A stretch of DNA of 64,000 nucleotides from an uncultured Alphaproteobacteria bacterium (GTDB lineage: Bacteria > Pseudomonadota > Alphaproteobacteria > ATCC43930 > CGMCC-115725): the NCBI GenBank assembly GCA_963833745.1, contig CAWHZD010000003.1:498407-562406 (forward strand), read 5' to 3'. Positions 20,822 to 30,455 of this stretch are shown piece by piece (the stretch's first letter is position 1; every line of letters starts with the position of its first letter). The translations under genes and the position numbers were made by a program. The notes beneath the pieces were generated by a model that did not search any database, was not told where the DNA came from, and saw only the letters and a program-made list of their open reading frames with translations.

Positions 20822-22399
20822 ATGGCCGACATCGTCATCATCAACCCGCGCTTCAATACTTCGTATTGGGGGCTCGAGCACGCGATGCCGTTTCTCGGCA
20901 TCAAGGCGGTGCTGCCGGTCGCGAGCCTGCCGCTGCTGGCGGCTCTGACGCCCGCCGGGCATACGGTCACCTTGATCGACGAGAATGTCGAACCGATCGA
21001 CTTCGAGCGTTGCGGGCGCGCCGACATCGTCGGGGTGACCGGTATGAATGTGCAGCGCACCCAGATGCACGAAATCCTCGCAGAACTGAAGGGGCGCGGT
21101 TGTTTCACCGTCGTCGGCGGCCCCTGGGTTACCGTCCGGGAAGATGATCTCGCCGGCATCGCCGATGTAATCTTTATCGGCGAGGCCGAGGAGACGTGGC
21201 CGCAATTTCTCGCCGACTGGACAGGGGGGCGCCACTCGGCCCGCTATGAGCAGGCCGAACGCACGAACATGGCGGGCGTGCCCCGCCCGCGTTTGGACCT
21301 CCTACGGATAAAGGATTATGCGCTCGGCAGTGTGCAATTCTCGCGCGGCTGCCCTTTCGAATGCGAATTCTGCGACATCATCGTCACGTTTGGCCGCCGC
21401 CCCCGGATCAAAACCTCGGCCCAGGTGCTCGCCGAGCTGGATGGTCTGCTCGCGACCGGCAAACGCACCGCGTTTATCGTCGACGACAACCTGATCGGCA
21501 ACAAAAAGGCGATCAAGCCGCTGCTGCGCGACGTGATTGCGTGGCAGCAGGCCCACGGCTACCCAATGATGTTCGCGACCGAAGCTTCGATCGATCTCGC
21601 CGAGGACGCCGAGCTGATGGGGCTGATGGTCGATGCCAATATCAGCGAGGTATTCGTCGGGATCGAGACGCCGAACGAAGCCGCGTTGCGCGAAACGAAA
21701 AAAATCCAGAACCTGCGCACCCGCGGCGGCACCTTGCTCGACAAGGTGCACCGCATCCAGGAAACGGGAATGGAGGTGTGGTGCGGCATTATCGTCGGCT
21801 TTGACAACGACGACGCCGGTATCTTCGCGGCCCAGCGCCGCTTTGTCAGCGAGGCGCGGATTGTCAATGCAATGGTCAACATGCTGGTGGCGATCCCGAG
21901 GACCCCGCTCTACAAGAGACTCGACGGCGAAGGCAGACTGGACAATTCGGACGACCCGTCCGGGTTCGGTCCCTTTGGCACCAATGTCATTCCGCGCCGC
22001 ATCGGCCGTGAAGCGTTGCGCGACGGCTATGTCGAGCTGATGTGCGACCTATATACGCCGGCCGCGTTTTTCGCGCGCCTCGACGCTCTCTACCTCGACG
22101 CGCGGCTGCCGTGGGGCAGGGGGCGATCGCGTTACCTTCGCCGCCATCCGCTGCGTCGGCTTAAGCTCAACGCGCGGCTCCTGGTTGAAGCGCTCGCCAT
22201 TTTTGTGATGCTGACTCGCGGCGTTCCAGACCCGGCGCTGCGTCGCGAGTATCGCCGCAGCATGCTGCGCGTCACCCGGCGTCGGCCGGTACCCGCGATC
22301 CTGCAGCTTTACGCGCTCAAATGTGCAATGCATTTTCATTTTCACATGATGGTCCAGGAGATGCTGCTGGCACCGCGACCCGTCGTCCGTGCCGCTTGA
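20822..22399 (+). CDS. B12-binding-domain radical SAM protein (DUF4070-type C-terminus)
   Basis: N-terminal B12-binding-like Rossmann region (ADIVGVTGM...VVGGPW). The radical-SAM cluster motif is CPFECEFC within SRGCPFECEFCDI. It starts 8 nt after the SPFH stop. Confidence 0.88.
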   Translation: MADIVIINPRFNTSYWGLEHAMPFLGIKAVLPVASLPLLAALTPAGHTVTLIDENVEPIDFERCGRADIVGVTGMNVQRTQMHEILAELKGRGCFTVVGGPWVTVREDDLAGIADVIFIGEAEETWPQFLADWTGGRHSARYEQAERTNMAGVPRPRLDLLRIKDYALGSVQFSRGCPFECEFCDIIVTFGRRPRIKTSAQVLAELDGLLATGKRTAFIVDDNLIGNKKAIKPLLRDVIAWQQAHGYPMMFATEASIDLAEDAELMGLMVDANISEVFVGIETPNEAALRETKKIQNLRTRGGTLLDKVHRIQETGMEVWCGIIVGFDNDDAGIFAAQRRFVSEARIVNAMVNMLVAIPRTPLYKRLDGEGRLDNSDDPSGFGPFGTNVIPRRIGREALRDGYVELMCDLYTPAAFFARLDALYLDARLPWGRGRSRYLRRHPLRRLKLNARLLVEALAIFVMLTRGVPDPALRREYRRSMLRVTRRRPVPAILQLYALKCAMHFHFHMMVQEMLLAPRPVVRAA

Positions 22400-22451
22400 C
22401 TTGGCCGTGCGGGCTCCGTGATGCGCGGGGATTTTCAAACAGGCGAGGGAA

Positions 22452-23096
22452 TTGGCGATGGCTCATCCGATCGTCTACGGTCCGCCCGGCAGCACTTATG
22501 TGTGGAGCGCGCGACTGGCGCTTGCCGAAAAGGGCGTCACTCACGAGTTGGTCGAGGTGCCGCTCGGTACCCATCGCGACGAGCCGCATCTGTCGCGCCA
22601 GCCCTTCGCCAAGGTCCCGGCCTTCGAGCATGACGGCTTCACGCTCTACGAGACCCAGGCGATCGTGCGCTATGTCGACGAGCGCTTTCCCGGGACGCCG
22701 TTGCAGCCCGAAGACGTGCACGAATGGTCGCGGATGAACCAGATCATCGGCATCGTCGATGCTTACGCCTGGCCCAGCATTGCCGGCGCGATCCTGTTCA
22801 ACCGGGTGCTGGCGCCGCGTCTCCTCGGCCGGGCGCCGGACGAGGCGGCGATCGCCGCAGCACTGCCGCGTGCCCGGCTGTGCCTCGCCGAGATCGAGCG
22901 GATGATGGAGAATCACCGCTTTCTCGCCAGCGACTATGTGAGCCTCGCCGATCTGATGGCGGTCCCGCTATTGTACTACTTTGCCAACGTGCCGGACGGC
23001 CAGGCTCCGTTCGCGGCGCACCCGAAATTGCAGGAATGGCTGCGGCACATGGAAACGCGCCAAAGCTTCCAGGTGACAAAGCCGCCGATAGCCTGA
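22452..23096 (+). CDS. Glutathione S-transferase family protein
   Basis: 214-aa ORF with a GST N-domain (VPAFEHDGFTLYETQAIVRYVDE) and a helical C-domain. Confidence 0.85.
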   Translation: MAMAHPIVYGPPGSTYVWSARLALAEKGVTHELVEVPLGTHRDEPHLSRQPFAKVPAFEHDGFTLYETQAIVRYVDERFPGTPLQPEDVHEWSRMNQIIGIVDAYAWPSIAGAILFNRVLAPRLLGRAPDEAAIAAALPRARLCLAEIERMMENHRFLASDYVSLADLMAVPLLYYFANVPDGQAPFAAHPKLQEWLRHMETRQSFQVTKPPIA

Positions 23097-23142
23097 CCCC
23101 GATGGCCTGACCCCCGTTGCGGCGGGAGCTTCGCCGGGCGGC

Positions 23143-23361
23143 TTATTTCAGATACGGGTTGACGAGACCCGCGACGATGCCGGTCAGGACCTCGCGCACC
23201 TGGCGCTCGTCGCAGCCCATCAGCACCGCGTCCTCGAGCGCTTCCTGCGCCAGCTCGCGCAATTCGGCGAGGTTCTCGTTCAACACCTTGATCTTTTCGA
23301 CGCAGGAGACCGGCTCGCCTTCCGGCGTGCGCCAGGTCGGGAATTCCGTTGCTTCGCTCAT
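23143..23361 (-). CDS. Small conserved-looking hypothetical protein (72 aa)
   Basis: Clean ORF with normal, acidic-helical composition (VEKIKVLNENLAELRELAQEALEDAVLMG), unlike high-GC shadow frames. I recognise no family. Confidence 0.5.
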   Translation of the reverse strand: MSEATEFPTWRTPEGEPVSCVEKIKVLNENLAELRELAQEALEDAVLMGCDERQVREVLTGIVAGLVNPYLK

Positions 23362-23389
23362 CGCGGTATCCTTTCGGCATCAATGCCGT

Positions 23390-23917
23390 TTATTTGCGAC
23401 CGCCCGGCGCCCCACCCTGCTGCGGCGCGCTTCCCGGCGTGGCCTCGCCGCCGCCTGCGCCCGGATTTTTCTGTCCCCCGGGCTGCGAAAATATCATCTG
23501 GCCGATCAGGTTTTCGAGGCTGACCGGGGCCTGCGTGTATTTGATCTGGCCGCCGGACGGAATGTCCTTGTCCGAGCCGCCGGGAACCAGCGACATGTAT
23601 TTGTCGCCGAGCAGGCTCGACGAGATGATCTCGGCGACGGTGTCGTCGGGCAGCTTGTACTGGGGGTTGATGTTCATCCCGACGGTCGCCAGAAACGTCT
23701 TCGGGTCGAGATGCTCGGAGACGACCGAGCCGACCTTGACCCCGCCGATGCGCACGTCGCTGCCGTCGCGGATGCCGTCGATACTCTGAAACTGGGCCGT
23801 GACCGGATAACCAGCTACCGCCCGCACCTGGCTCGTCGAATAGGCAAAGAACATGAACACGGCGGCGGCGACGAGCACGACGGCGCCCATCACCGTCTCG
23901 ATCACATTGCCGCTCAT
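23390..23917 (-). CDS. mlaD: Outer-membrane lipid asymmetry protein MlaD (MCE domain)
   Basis: N-terminal TM anchor plus an MCE domain (GIRDGSDVRIGGVKVGSV...LLGDKYMSLVPGG) and a Gly/Pro-rich tail. Confidence 0.85.
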   Translation of the reverse strand: MSGNVIETVMGAVVLVAAAVFMFFAYSTSQVRAVAGYPVTAQFQSIDGIRDGSDVRIGGVKVGSVVSEHLDPKTFLATVGMNINPQYKLPDDTVAEIISSSLLGDKYMSLVPGGSDKDIPSGGQIKYTQAPVSLENLIGQMIFSQPGGQKNPGAGGGEATPGSAPQQGGAPGGRK

Positions 23918-23962
23918 CCGCCGATCTTCCCACTCATGCCCTGGCCAGCCCGTAGCGCGGCG

Positions 23963-24340
23963 CTACTCCGGCGTCCACGGCTCGTAGTCGCCGGTCGAAG
24001 GCGGGCGCCTTCCGCCGCGCAGGATCGAGCCCGGCGGACGATAGGCATAGGGCGTGCCGGTCATGTTTGGCTGATGCTCTTTTTCCCAAGGATGGCGGTT
24101 GCGCGACCCCGGCTGCGGCACCTCGTCGACCGTGTGATGGAGCCAGCCGTGCCATTCGGGCGTCACTTTCGACGCTTCGGGCTCGCCGGCGTAGACGACC
24201 CAGCGCTTTTCACGGCTTGCCCGCCCGCCGCCGCGGCGCAAGGTCCGTTGCCCCTTGTCGCGGTAGTAGCGATTGCCGAGGCTGTCGGTCCCGACATATT
24301 CGCCGCGCAGCCAGGTCAACAAACGCGTGCCGAAGGTCAT
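23963..24340 (-). CDS. NADH:ubiquinone oxidoreductase subunit NDUFA12-family protein
   Basis: 125-aa ORF reading TWLRGEYVGTDSLGNRYYR....KRWVVY......S.V.PEWHGWLHHT. Confidence 0.85.
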   Translation of the reverse strand: MTFGTRLLTWLRGEYVGTDSLGNRYYRDKGQRTLRRGGGRASREKRWVVYAGEPEASKVTPEWHGWLHHTVDEVPQPGSRNRHPWEKEHQPNMTGTPYAYRPPGSILRGGRRPPSTGDYEPWTPE

Positions 24341-24439
24341 CCACCTATCCGTGCCGAGCCGCGGGCGGGCGGTCGCGCGGCGGCAGGTTTATCGCACCGC
24401 CCGCCATCCCTCGGCAATAGCCGGGGCGAAGTTGCTATA

Positions 24440-24517
24440 ACGCAACATCTAGTGGGCATTCGCTCATTCACCACAAATTCAGTTGCCGACCCCCTGCGTG
24501 TGCTCTACATATAGTCT
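24440..24517 (+). promoter_or_regulatory. Two candidate NrdR boxes upstream of nrdJ
   Basis: ACGCAACATCTAGTGG (24440-24455) and GCTCTACATATAGTCT (24502-24517) match 11/16 and 12/16 positions of the NrdR palindrome as I recall it (acaCwAtATaTwGtgt). Start-to-start spacing is 62 bp. This is motif-only evidence. Confidence 0.4.
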
Positions 24518-24589
24518 TTCGAATGAGCCTATTCGCTAGATGCTGCTGCGCTGCCCATCGGCCACAGACAATGGGTTTGGGGGGAACGA

Positions 24590-27500
24590 ATGCATATCGC
24601 GCGTCGCTTTACCACAGCCGGCCAGGATCCGTTTGACGCGGTTCGCTTCCGCACCGTAACGAGCGGGATCCGCAACCCGGACGGCTCGGTCGTCTTCCAA
24701 GCCGAGGGCATCGAGGTGCCGGCGGAATGGAGCCAGGTCGCGGCCGACATACTGGCGCAGAAATACTTCCGCAAAGCCGGGATTGCGGCAGCGCTGACGC
24801 CGACCCCTGAGGACGGCGTGCCGTCCTGGCTGTGGCGCCGCCGCGCCGACAAATCGGCCTTGTCGGCGATGCCGGAAAACGCCCGCTACGGCGGTGAAAC
24901 CAGCGCCCGCCAGGTCTTCGACCGCATGGCCGGAACCTGGACCTATTGGGGGTGGAAGGGCGGCTATTTCGACGCCGAGGAAGATGCCGCCGCGTTTTAC
25001 GACGAGATCCGGCTGATGCTGGCCCGGCAGATGGGCGCGCCGAACTCGCCGCAATGGTTCAACACCGGGCTCCACTGGGCCTATGGCATCGACGGCCCGG
25101 CGCAAGGGCATTGGTATGTCGACTACCGCACCGGCGAGCTGACCGCGTCGTCGAGCGCCTATGAGCATCCGCAGCCGCATGCCTGCTTTATCCAGAGCGT
25201 CGCGGACGATCTCGTCAACCAGGGCGGGATCATGGATCTGTGGGTGCGCGAGGCGCGGATCTTCAAATACGGCTCAGGCTCGGGCTCGAATTTCTCGAAA
25301 CTGCGCGGCGAGGGCGAGCACCTCTCGGGCGGCGGGCGCTCGTCTGGGCTGATGAGCTTTCTGCGCATCGGCGACCGGGCCGCGGGCGCGATCAAATCCG
25401 GCGGCACCACGCGCCGCGCCGCCAAGATGGTGATCGTCGACATCGACCACCCCGACATCGAAACCTTTATCGACTGGAAGGTCGTCGAGGAGCAGAAGGT
25501 CGCGGCTCTCGTCGCCGGCTCCAAGCTCGCGGCGCGCCATCTGAAGCGGATCACGGCCGCGTGCCGCGACGCCGCATCGGAGCTGGCCGACCCCTGCGAC
25601 CCGGCACAGAACCCGGCATTGAAGCGCGAGATCCGTGCCGCACGCCGGGCGATGATCCCCCAAAGCTACATCCAGCGGGTGATCCAGTCGGCGCGCCAGA
25701 GCCTGCCCCTGGCCCGAACAGAGGGCGACACCGCGCTGGAATTCCGCACCTATGACACCGATTGGGATTCCGAGGCCTATCTGACTGTCGCCGGTCAGAA
25801 TTCGAACAATTCGGTCAGGGTGTCCAACGCCTTTCTCGACTGCGTCGGTGCCGACGGCCCGTGGCAACTGACCCAGCGCACGACCGGCAAGATCGCCAAG
25901 ACATTGCCGGCGCGGGCGTTGTGGGACCGCATCGGCCATGCCGCCTGGGCTTCGGCCGATCCCGGCCTGCAATTCGACACGACGATCAACGAGTGGCACA
26001 CCTGCCCCGAAAGCGGCCGGATCAACGCCTCGAACCCGTGCTCGGAATACAATTTCCTCGACGACACCGCCTGCAATCTCGCCTCGCTCAATCTGATGGC
26101 ATTCCGCCATGGGGACGCGACGGCGGGGGGCGGCTTTGATGCCGACGGCTTTGCCCATGCGGTGCGGCTGTGGACCATCGTGCTCGAAATCTCGGTGATG
26201 ATGGCGCAGTTCCCCTCGGCCGAGATCGCCCGCCGTTCCTACGCCTTCCGCACCCTGGGGCTCGGCTACGCCAATCTCGGCGGGTTGCTGATGGCGATGG
26301 GCATCGCCTATGACAGCGCGGAGGGGCGCGCGCTGGGGGCGACGATCACCGCGCTGTTGACCGGGGCGGGCTATGCCGCTTCGGCCGAGATGGCCGGCGA
26401 CCCGGCCCTGGTGCCGTCGGGCGCCTTTCCCGGCTATGCCGTCAACCGCGCGGCGATGCTGCGCGTCATCCGCAACCACCGCCGCGCCTGTTATAGCGAG
26501 AGTGCGGGATACGAAGATTTGTCGATCTCGCCGGTGGCGCTCGACGCCGCCCGGTGTCCCGACCCGCAACTGGTGGCGGCGGCGCGCAACAGCTGGGACA
26601 CGGCACTGACGCTCGGCGAGAAGCACGGCTTCCGCAACGCGCAGGCGACGGTCATCGCCCCCACCGGCACGATCGGGCTGGTCATGGATTGCGACACGAC
26701 CGGCATCGAGCCCGATTTCGCGCTTGTCAAATTCAAAAAGCTCGCCGGCGGCGGCTATTTCAAGATCATCAACCGCGCCGTGCCGCAGGCGTTGGCAGCC
26801 CTCGGCTACGACGCCGCCGAAATCGCCGCGATCGAGCGCTATGCGCTGGGCCACGGCACGTTGGCCGGCGCGCCCTCGGTCGATCACCAGAGCCTGCGGG
26901 TGCGCGGCTTTGACGACCGCGCGCTCGCCGCCGCCGAGGCCGCGCTGGTCAGCGCCTTCGACATCAAATTCGCCTTCAACCGATGGACCCTGGGCGAAAA
27001 CTTCTGCATCGAAGGGCTCGGCATCGCCGCTGCGGCACTCGATGACCCCGGGTTCGACCTGCTGGGCGCCCTCGGCTTCAGCCGCGCCGAGATCGACGCC
27101 GCCAACGCCTGGTGCTGCGGGGCGATGACCCTGGAAGGCGCGCCATGCCTCAAGCCCGAGCACCTGGCGGTGTTCGACTGTGCCTCCCCGTGCGGGCGCA
27201 CCGGCACCCGCGCGCTGTCGGCCGAAAGCCACATCCAGATGATGGCGGCAGCGCAGCCCTTCATCTCAGGCGCCATCTCGAAAACCATCAACATGCCGAA
27301 CGCGGCGACGGTCGAGGATTGCAAGGACGCCTATTGGCTGTCCTGGCGGCTCGGGCTAAAGGCGACCGCACTATACCGCGACGGCTCGAAGCTGTCGCAG
27401 CCCTTGGCCGCGAGCCTGTTCGGCGACGACGAGGATGCCGACGACCCCGATGGCGCCAATAAGGCGGCCGAACTTTTCGCGCAATCGCCGGCGCAGCGCG

Positions 27501-28360
27501 CGCCGCTCGTCGCCGAGCGCATCGTCGAACGGGTCGTCGAGCGGGTGATCGAGAGGGTCGTCCAGCGCGGTGAGCGCCGCCGCCTGCCGAACCGGCGCAA
27601 GGGCTACACCCAAAAGGCCACGGTCGGCGGCCACAAGGTCTATCTGCGCACCGGCGAGCACGAGGACGGCAGGCTCGCCGAGGTGTTTATCGACATGCAC
27701 AAGGAAGGCTCGGCCTTCCGCTCCTTGATGCACAATTTCGCGATCGCGATTTCGATGGGCCTGCAATACGGCGTGCCGCTCGAAGAATTCGTCGAGAGCT
27801 TCACCTTCAGCCGGTTCGAGCCGTCGGGGATCGTCGAGGGCAACGACGCGATCAAGATGGCGACCTCGATCCTCGACTACATCTTCCGCGAATTGGCGAT
27901 CTCCTATCTCGGCCGCAGCGACCTCGCCCATGCCGAACCCGGCGACCTGTTGCCCGACACCGTCGGCAAAGGCGAAGCGCAATCGAGCCTGCGCAGCGCC
28001 GAGAACAGCGATGATTACCACCCGAGCCCTGGCTCCGGTCTCGAGCCGGGTGTGGCCGCGATGATGCAGCGCGTCATGTCGAACGGTTACGTCCGCAACA
28101 AATTCACCGTATTGCACGGCGGTGCCGGCCGTCCCGCCGGCGCCGCCGCCGCCCTCACCGCCGCCGACGCCTTCGCCCTCGCCGCTCCACCCTATGCAGG
28201 CGGCGACGACACCCTCGCCCTGCGCCTCGAACGCATCCGCGCCGCCCGGATCAAGGGCTACGAAGGCGACAGCTGCACCGAATGCGGCAATTTCACCCTG
28301 ATCCGCAACGGCACCTGCCTCAAATGCGACACCTGCGGCGCGACTTCAGGGTGTTCTTAA
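24590..28360 (+). CDS. nrdJ: Class II (adenosylcobalamin-dependent) ribonucleotide reductase
   Basis: 1256-aa ORF with the active-site block [24 protein letters not shown] and [10 protein letters not shown]. The C-terminal Cys-rich tail is [28 protein letters not shown]. The length is typical of alphaproteobacterial NrdJ. Confidence 0.95.
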   Translation: MHIARRFTTAGQDPFDAVRFRTVTSGIRNPDGSVVFQAEGIEVPAEWSQVAADILAQKYFRKAGIAAALTPTPEDGVPSWLWRRRADKSALSAMPENARYGGETSARQVFDRMAGTWTYWGWKGGYFDAEEDAAAFYDEIRLMLARQMGAPNSPQWFNTGLHWAYGIDGPAQGHWYVDYRTGELTASSSAYEHPQPHACFIQSVADDLVNQGGIMDLWVREARIFKYGSGSGSNFSKLRGEGEHLSGGGRSSGLMSFLRIGDRAAGAIKSGGTTRRAAKMVIVDIDHPDIETFIDWKVVEEQKVAALVAGSKLAARHLKRITAACRDAASELADPCDPAQNPALKREIRAARRAMIPQSYIQRVIQSARQSLPLARTEGDTALEFRTYDTDWDSEAYLTVAGQNSNNSVRVSNAFLDCVGADGPWQLTQRTTGKIAKTLPARALWDRIGHAAWASADPGLQFDTTINEWHTCPESGRINASNPCSEYNFLDDTACNLASLNLMAFRHGDATAGGGFDADGFAHAVRLWTIVLEISVMMAQFPSAEIARRSYAFRTLGLGYANLGGLLMAMGIAYDSAEGRALGATITALLTGAGYAASAEMAGDPALVPSGAFPGYAVNRAAMLRVIRNHRRACYSESAGYEDLSISPVALDAARCPDPQLVAAARNSWDTALTLGEKHGFRNAQATVIAPTGTIGLVMDCDTTGIEPDFALVKFKKLAGGGYFKIINRAVPQALAALGYDAAEIAAIERYALGHGTLAGAPSVDHQSLRVRGFDDRALAAAEAALVSAFDIKFAFNRWTLGENFCIEGLGIAAAALDDPGFDLLGALGFSRAEIDAANAWCCGAMTLEGAPCLKPEHLAVFDCASPCGRTGTRALSAESHIQMMAAAQPFISGAISKTINMPNAATVEDCKDAYWLSWRLGLKATALYRDGSKLSQPLAASLFGDDEDADDPDGANKAAELFAQSPAQRAPLVAERIVERVVERVIERVVQRGERRRLPNRRKGYTQKATVGGHKVYLRTGEHEDGRLAEVFIDMHKEGSAFRSLMHNFAIAISMGLQYGVPLEEFVESFTFSRFEPSGIVEGNDAIKMATSILDYIFRELAISYLGRSDLAHAEPGDLLPDTVGKGEAQSSLRSAENSDDYHPSPGSGLEPGVAAMMQRVMSNGYVRNKFTVLHGGAGRPAGAAAALTAADAFALAAPPYAGGDDTLALRLERIRAARIKGYEGDSCTECGNFTLIRNGTCLKCDTCGATSGCS

Positions 28361-29231
28361 TCAGCTGGTGGTGCGCACCCGACACTTGTAACCCACGGCA
28401 GTCCTCCGGTCGCCTTCCCGGCGAAACACGCAGGCCGGGGGTGCCTCGTTTCATCACCCTGCGACTGCCGACGCGTTTACAGCACCATCGCCAGAGACAA
28501 GACCAGCAACAGCAGGCCAATCAGCCAACGCGGTGACGTTGATGGCTTCTGCATTCGGCAGCCGTCGAGAATGCACCGGCCGAGAGGAAACCCGGCGGTG
28601 AGGCATTCCTGGCGGCATGTCGATGTTGATCGCATGAAAACTCCCAGCGGTCCGACCTCGGCTCAATTCATCGCAGCGGAGAGAGCCGGGAGTGTTACTT
28701 ACAACAACCTGACGAATGCGGCAATCGACAGTGGGGAATAAACCACCCTCCGGGATGTCACTACTGTCCTGGGGCACGGTGATAAGGGGGGCGGTAGAAT
28801 GAACGCAGCGGGCAGCGCCTTCATTTGGTTCGGCTTGGCGATCATCGCCGCGTTGATCCTGGCGCTCTCTTGAGGCCGGGTAATGCGCGACACAATATTG
28901 CCACGTGACGAAACCATGGGTTGAGCGTTGGGGTTGTCGGACTGGATTGCCGACCGAAGGGCCACAATGAGCACCGAGACCCAGCCGCTCCAAAGGTTCA
29001 CCCCCCGGTTCGCTCGTCCCCAACGGGTTCGCAGACGAACCAGCTTTGTGATGCTGGGGGCATTGTCGCTGGCGCTTTGGGCGGTGATCATCGCCGGCCT
29101 CGCCGCCGTTTGGCCGTAAGCGACCGGCTTGGCATGTTCTTAGCGCCGCTCGCTCCCGGTGACGACCAGATCGACGTGCCGCGGTCCGCACTGGCCGCGC
29201 CCCAAATCTTATCTTAGCTGTTGGAAAGGGC

Positions 29232-29308
29232 TGGTGGGCGCGACAGGGATTGAACCTGTGACCCCACCCGTGTGAAGGGTGTGCTCTCCCGCTGAGCTAC
29301 GCGCCCGC
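29232..29308 (-). tRNA. tRNA-Val (anticodon CAC)
   Basis: The reverse complement is GCGGGCGCGTAGCTCAGCGGGAGAGCACACCCTTCACACGGGTGGGGTCACAGGTTCAATCCCTGTCGCGCCCACCA. It folds as a cloverleaf with anticodon stem CACCC/GGGTG, loop TTCACAC, a T-arm GGTTCAATCC and an encoded CCA. Confidence 0.93.
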
Positions 29309-29431
29309 TCCCCAGCCGGCGGCATTTAGGGTGTGGCCGCAAACCCTGTCAAGGCGGCGGCCGGTGCGGTTCGGCCGCGTCGGCGCTAAGATCGGCAAGG
29401 GGTCACCCTCGGCGCCATCAGGGAGGAGCGA

Positions 29432-30413
29432 ATGCAGCGGCACAATCTGGGAAAACTGGGGCCGCTTTCGGCGCTGACTTTGGGCGGCGGCGGGCTCGGC
29501 CAGGTGTGGGGCGAGACCACCTTCGAGGAATGCGTTGCGACGGTGCACGCCGCGGTCGAGGCCGGCATCGATCTGTTTGACCTGGCGCCGCGCTACGGCG
29601 ACGGCAAGGCCGAGGAGGTCGTCAGCGCGGCGTTCGCCGGCAAATTGCCACCGGGCGTGCGGGTGACCAGCAAATGCAACCTCGGCGAGCTGCCGCCGGC
29701 CGAAATCGAACCGACACTGCGCCGGTCGATCGAGGGCAGTCTGCAGCGGCTGCGCTTGTCATATCTCGATTTGTTCTTCCTCCATTCAAATGTCGTGCCC
29801 GATTCGGTCCATCGTTCGCGCTGGCCCGACGCCGCCTCGCGGATGACGCTTTACGAGACTTTTGTCGACCACGTCCGCCCGGTCTTCGAGCGGTTCGCCG
29901 GCGAGGGGCTGATCGCCGCCTGGGGGCTGACCGGCATCGGCCATCCCGACACGATCATCCGGCTGCTCGGCGAAACCCCGACGCCCGCGGCCGTGCAATG
30001 CATCGCCAATCTGCTCGAACTCGCCGGGCGCGCTGAAATTCTTCGCCGGTCCCGCCAAGCCGCGCGCCGTCATCGCCGCGGCGCGGGCGAACGGGGTCGG
30101 CGTCATGGGTATCCGCGCCGTACAGGCGGGGGCGCTGACCGGCGCCCTCGACCGGCCGTTGCCGCCCGACCATCCCGAGACGCGCGACTATGCCCGCGCC
30201 GCGGGGTTCCGCCGGCTGGCGGTGGAGCTGGGGACGAGCCCGGCGGCGCTCGCCCATCGCTACGCATTGTCGCTCGGGGTCGACACCCTGGTGCTCGGCG
30301 TCAAGAACCGCATCGAGCTTGCCGAATGCGTCGCCGCCGCCGAGGCGGGGCCATTGCCGGTCGAGCTGATCGCGCGGATCGACCAATCGGTGGACCGCGC
30401 CGTCGAAGGGTGA
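29432..30413 (+). pseudogene. Aldo/keto reductase with a frameshift near 30015-30030
   Basis: The frame of 29432 gives a good AKR N-terminus (LGGGGLGQVWGETT...DLFDLAPRYGDGKAEE...LDLFFLHS) up to ...CIANLL, then turns Arg-rich. The AKR C-terminus (SPGALKFFAGPAKPRAVIAAARANGVGVMGIRAVQAGALT...AHRYALS) continues in another frame to the stop at 30413. Confidence 0.8.
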
Positions 30414-30455
30414 GACTTTCGGCTCCGATTATTTGAGTGGTGGAGAGGAACCAAC

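Noticed and set aside
27500-27560. A short tandem repeat inside nrdJ that encodes [18 protein letters not shown].
   Set aside because: It is an in-frame low-complexity linker within a full-length reductase. Nothing indicates that it is more than a coding repeat.
29232-29308. tRNA-Val as the integration site of the accessory region. tRNA-Val is a known island target in some bradyrhizobia.
   Set aside because: The mosaic region begins about 4.4 kb away, on the 5' side of the tRNA and beyond three ordinary metabolic genes. There is no integrase and no partial tRNA repeat next to the tRNA 3' end.
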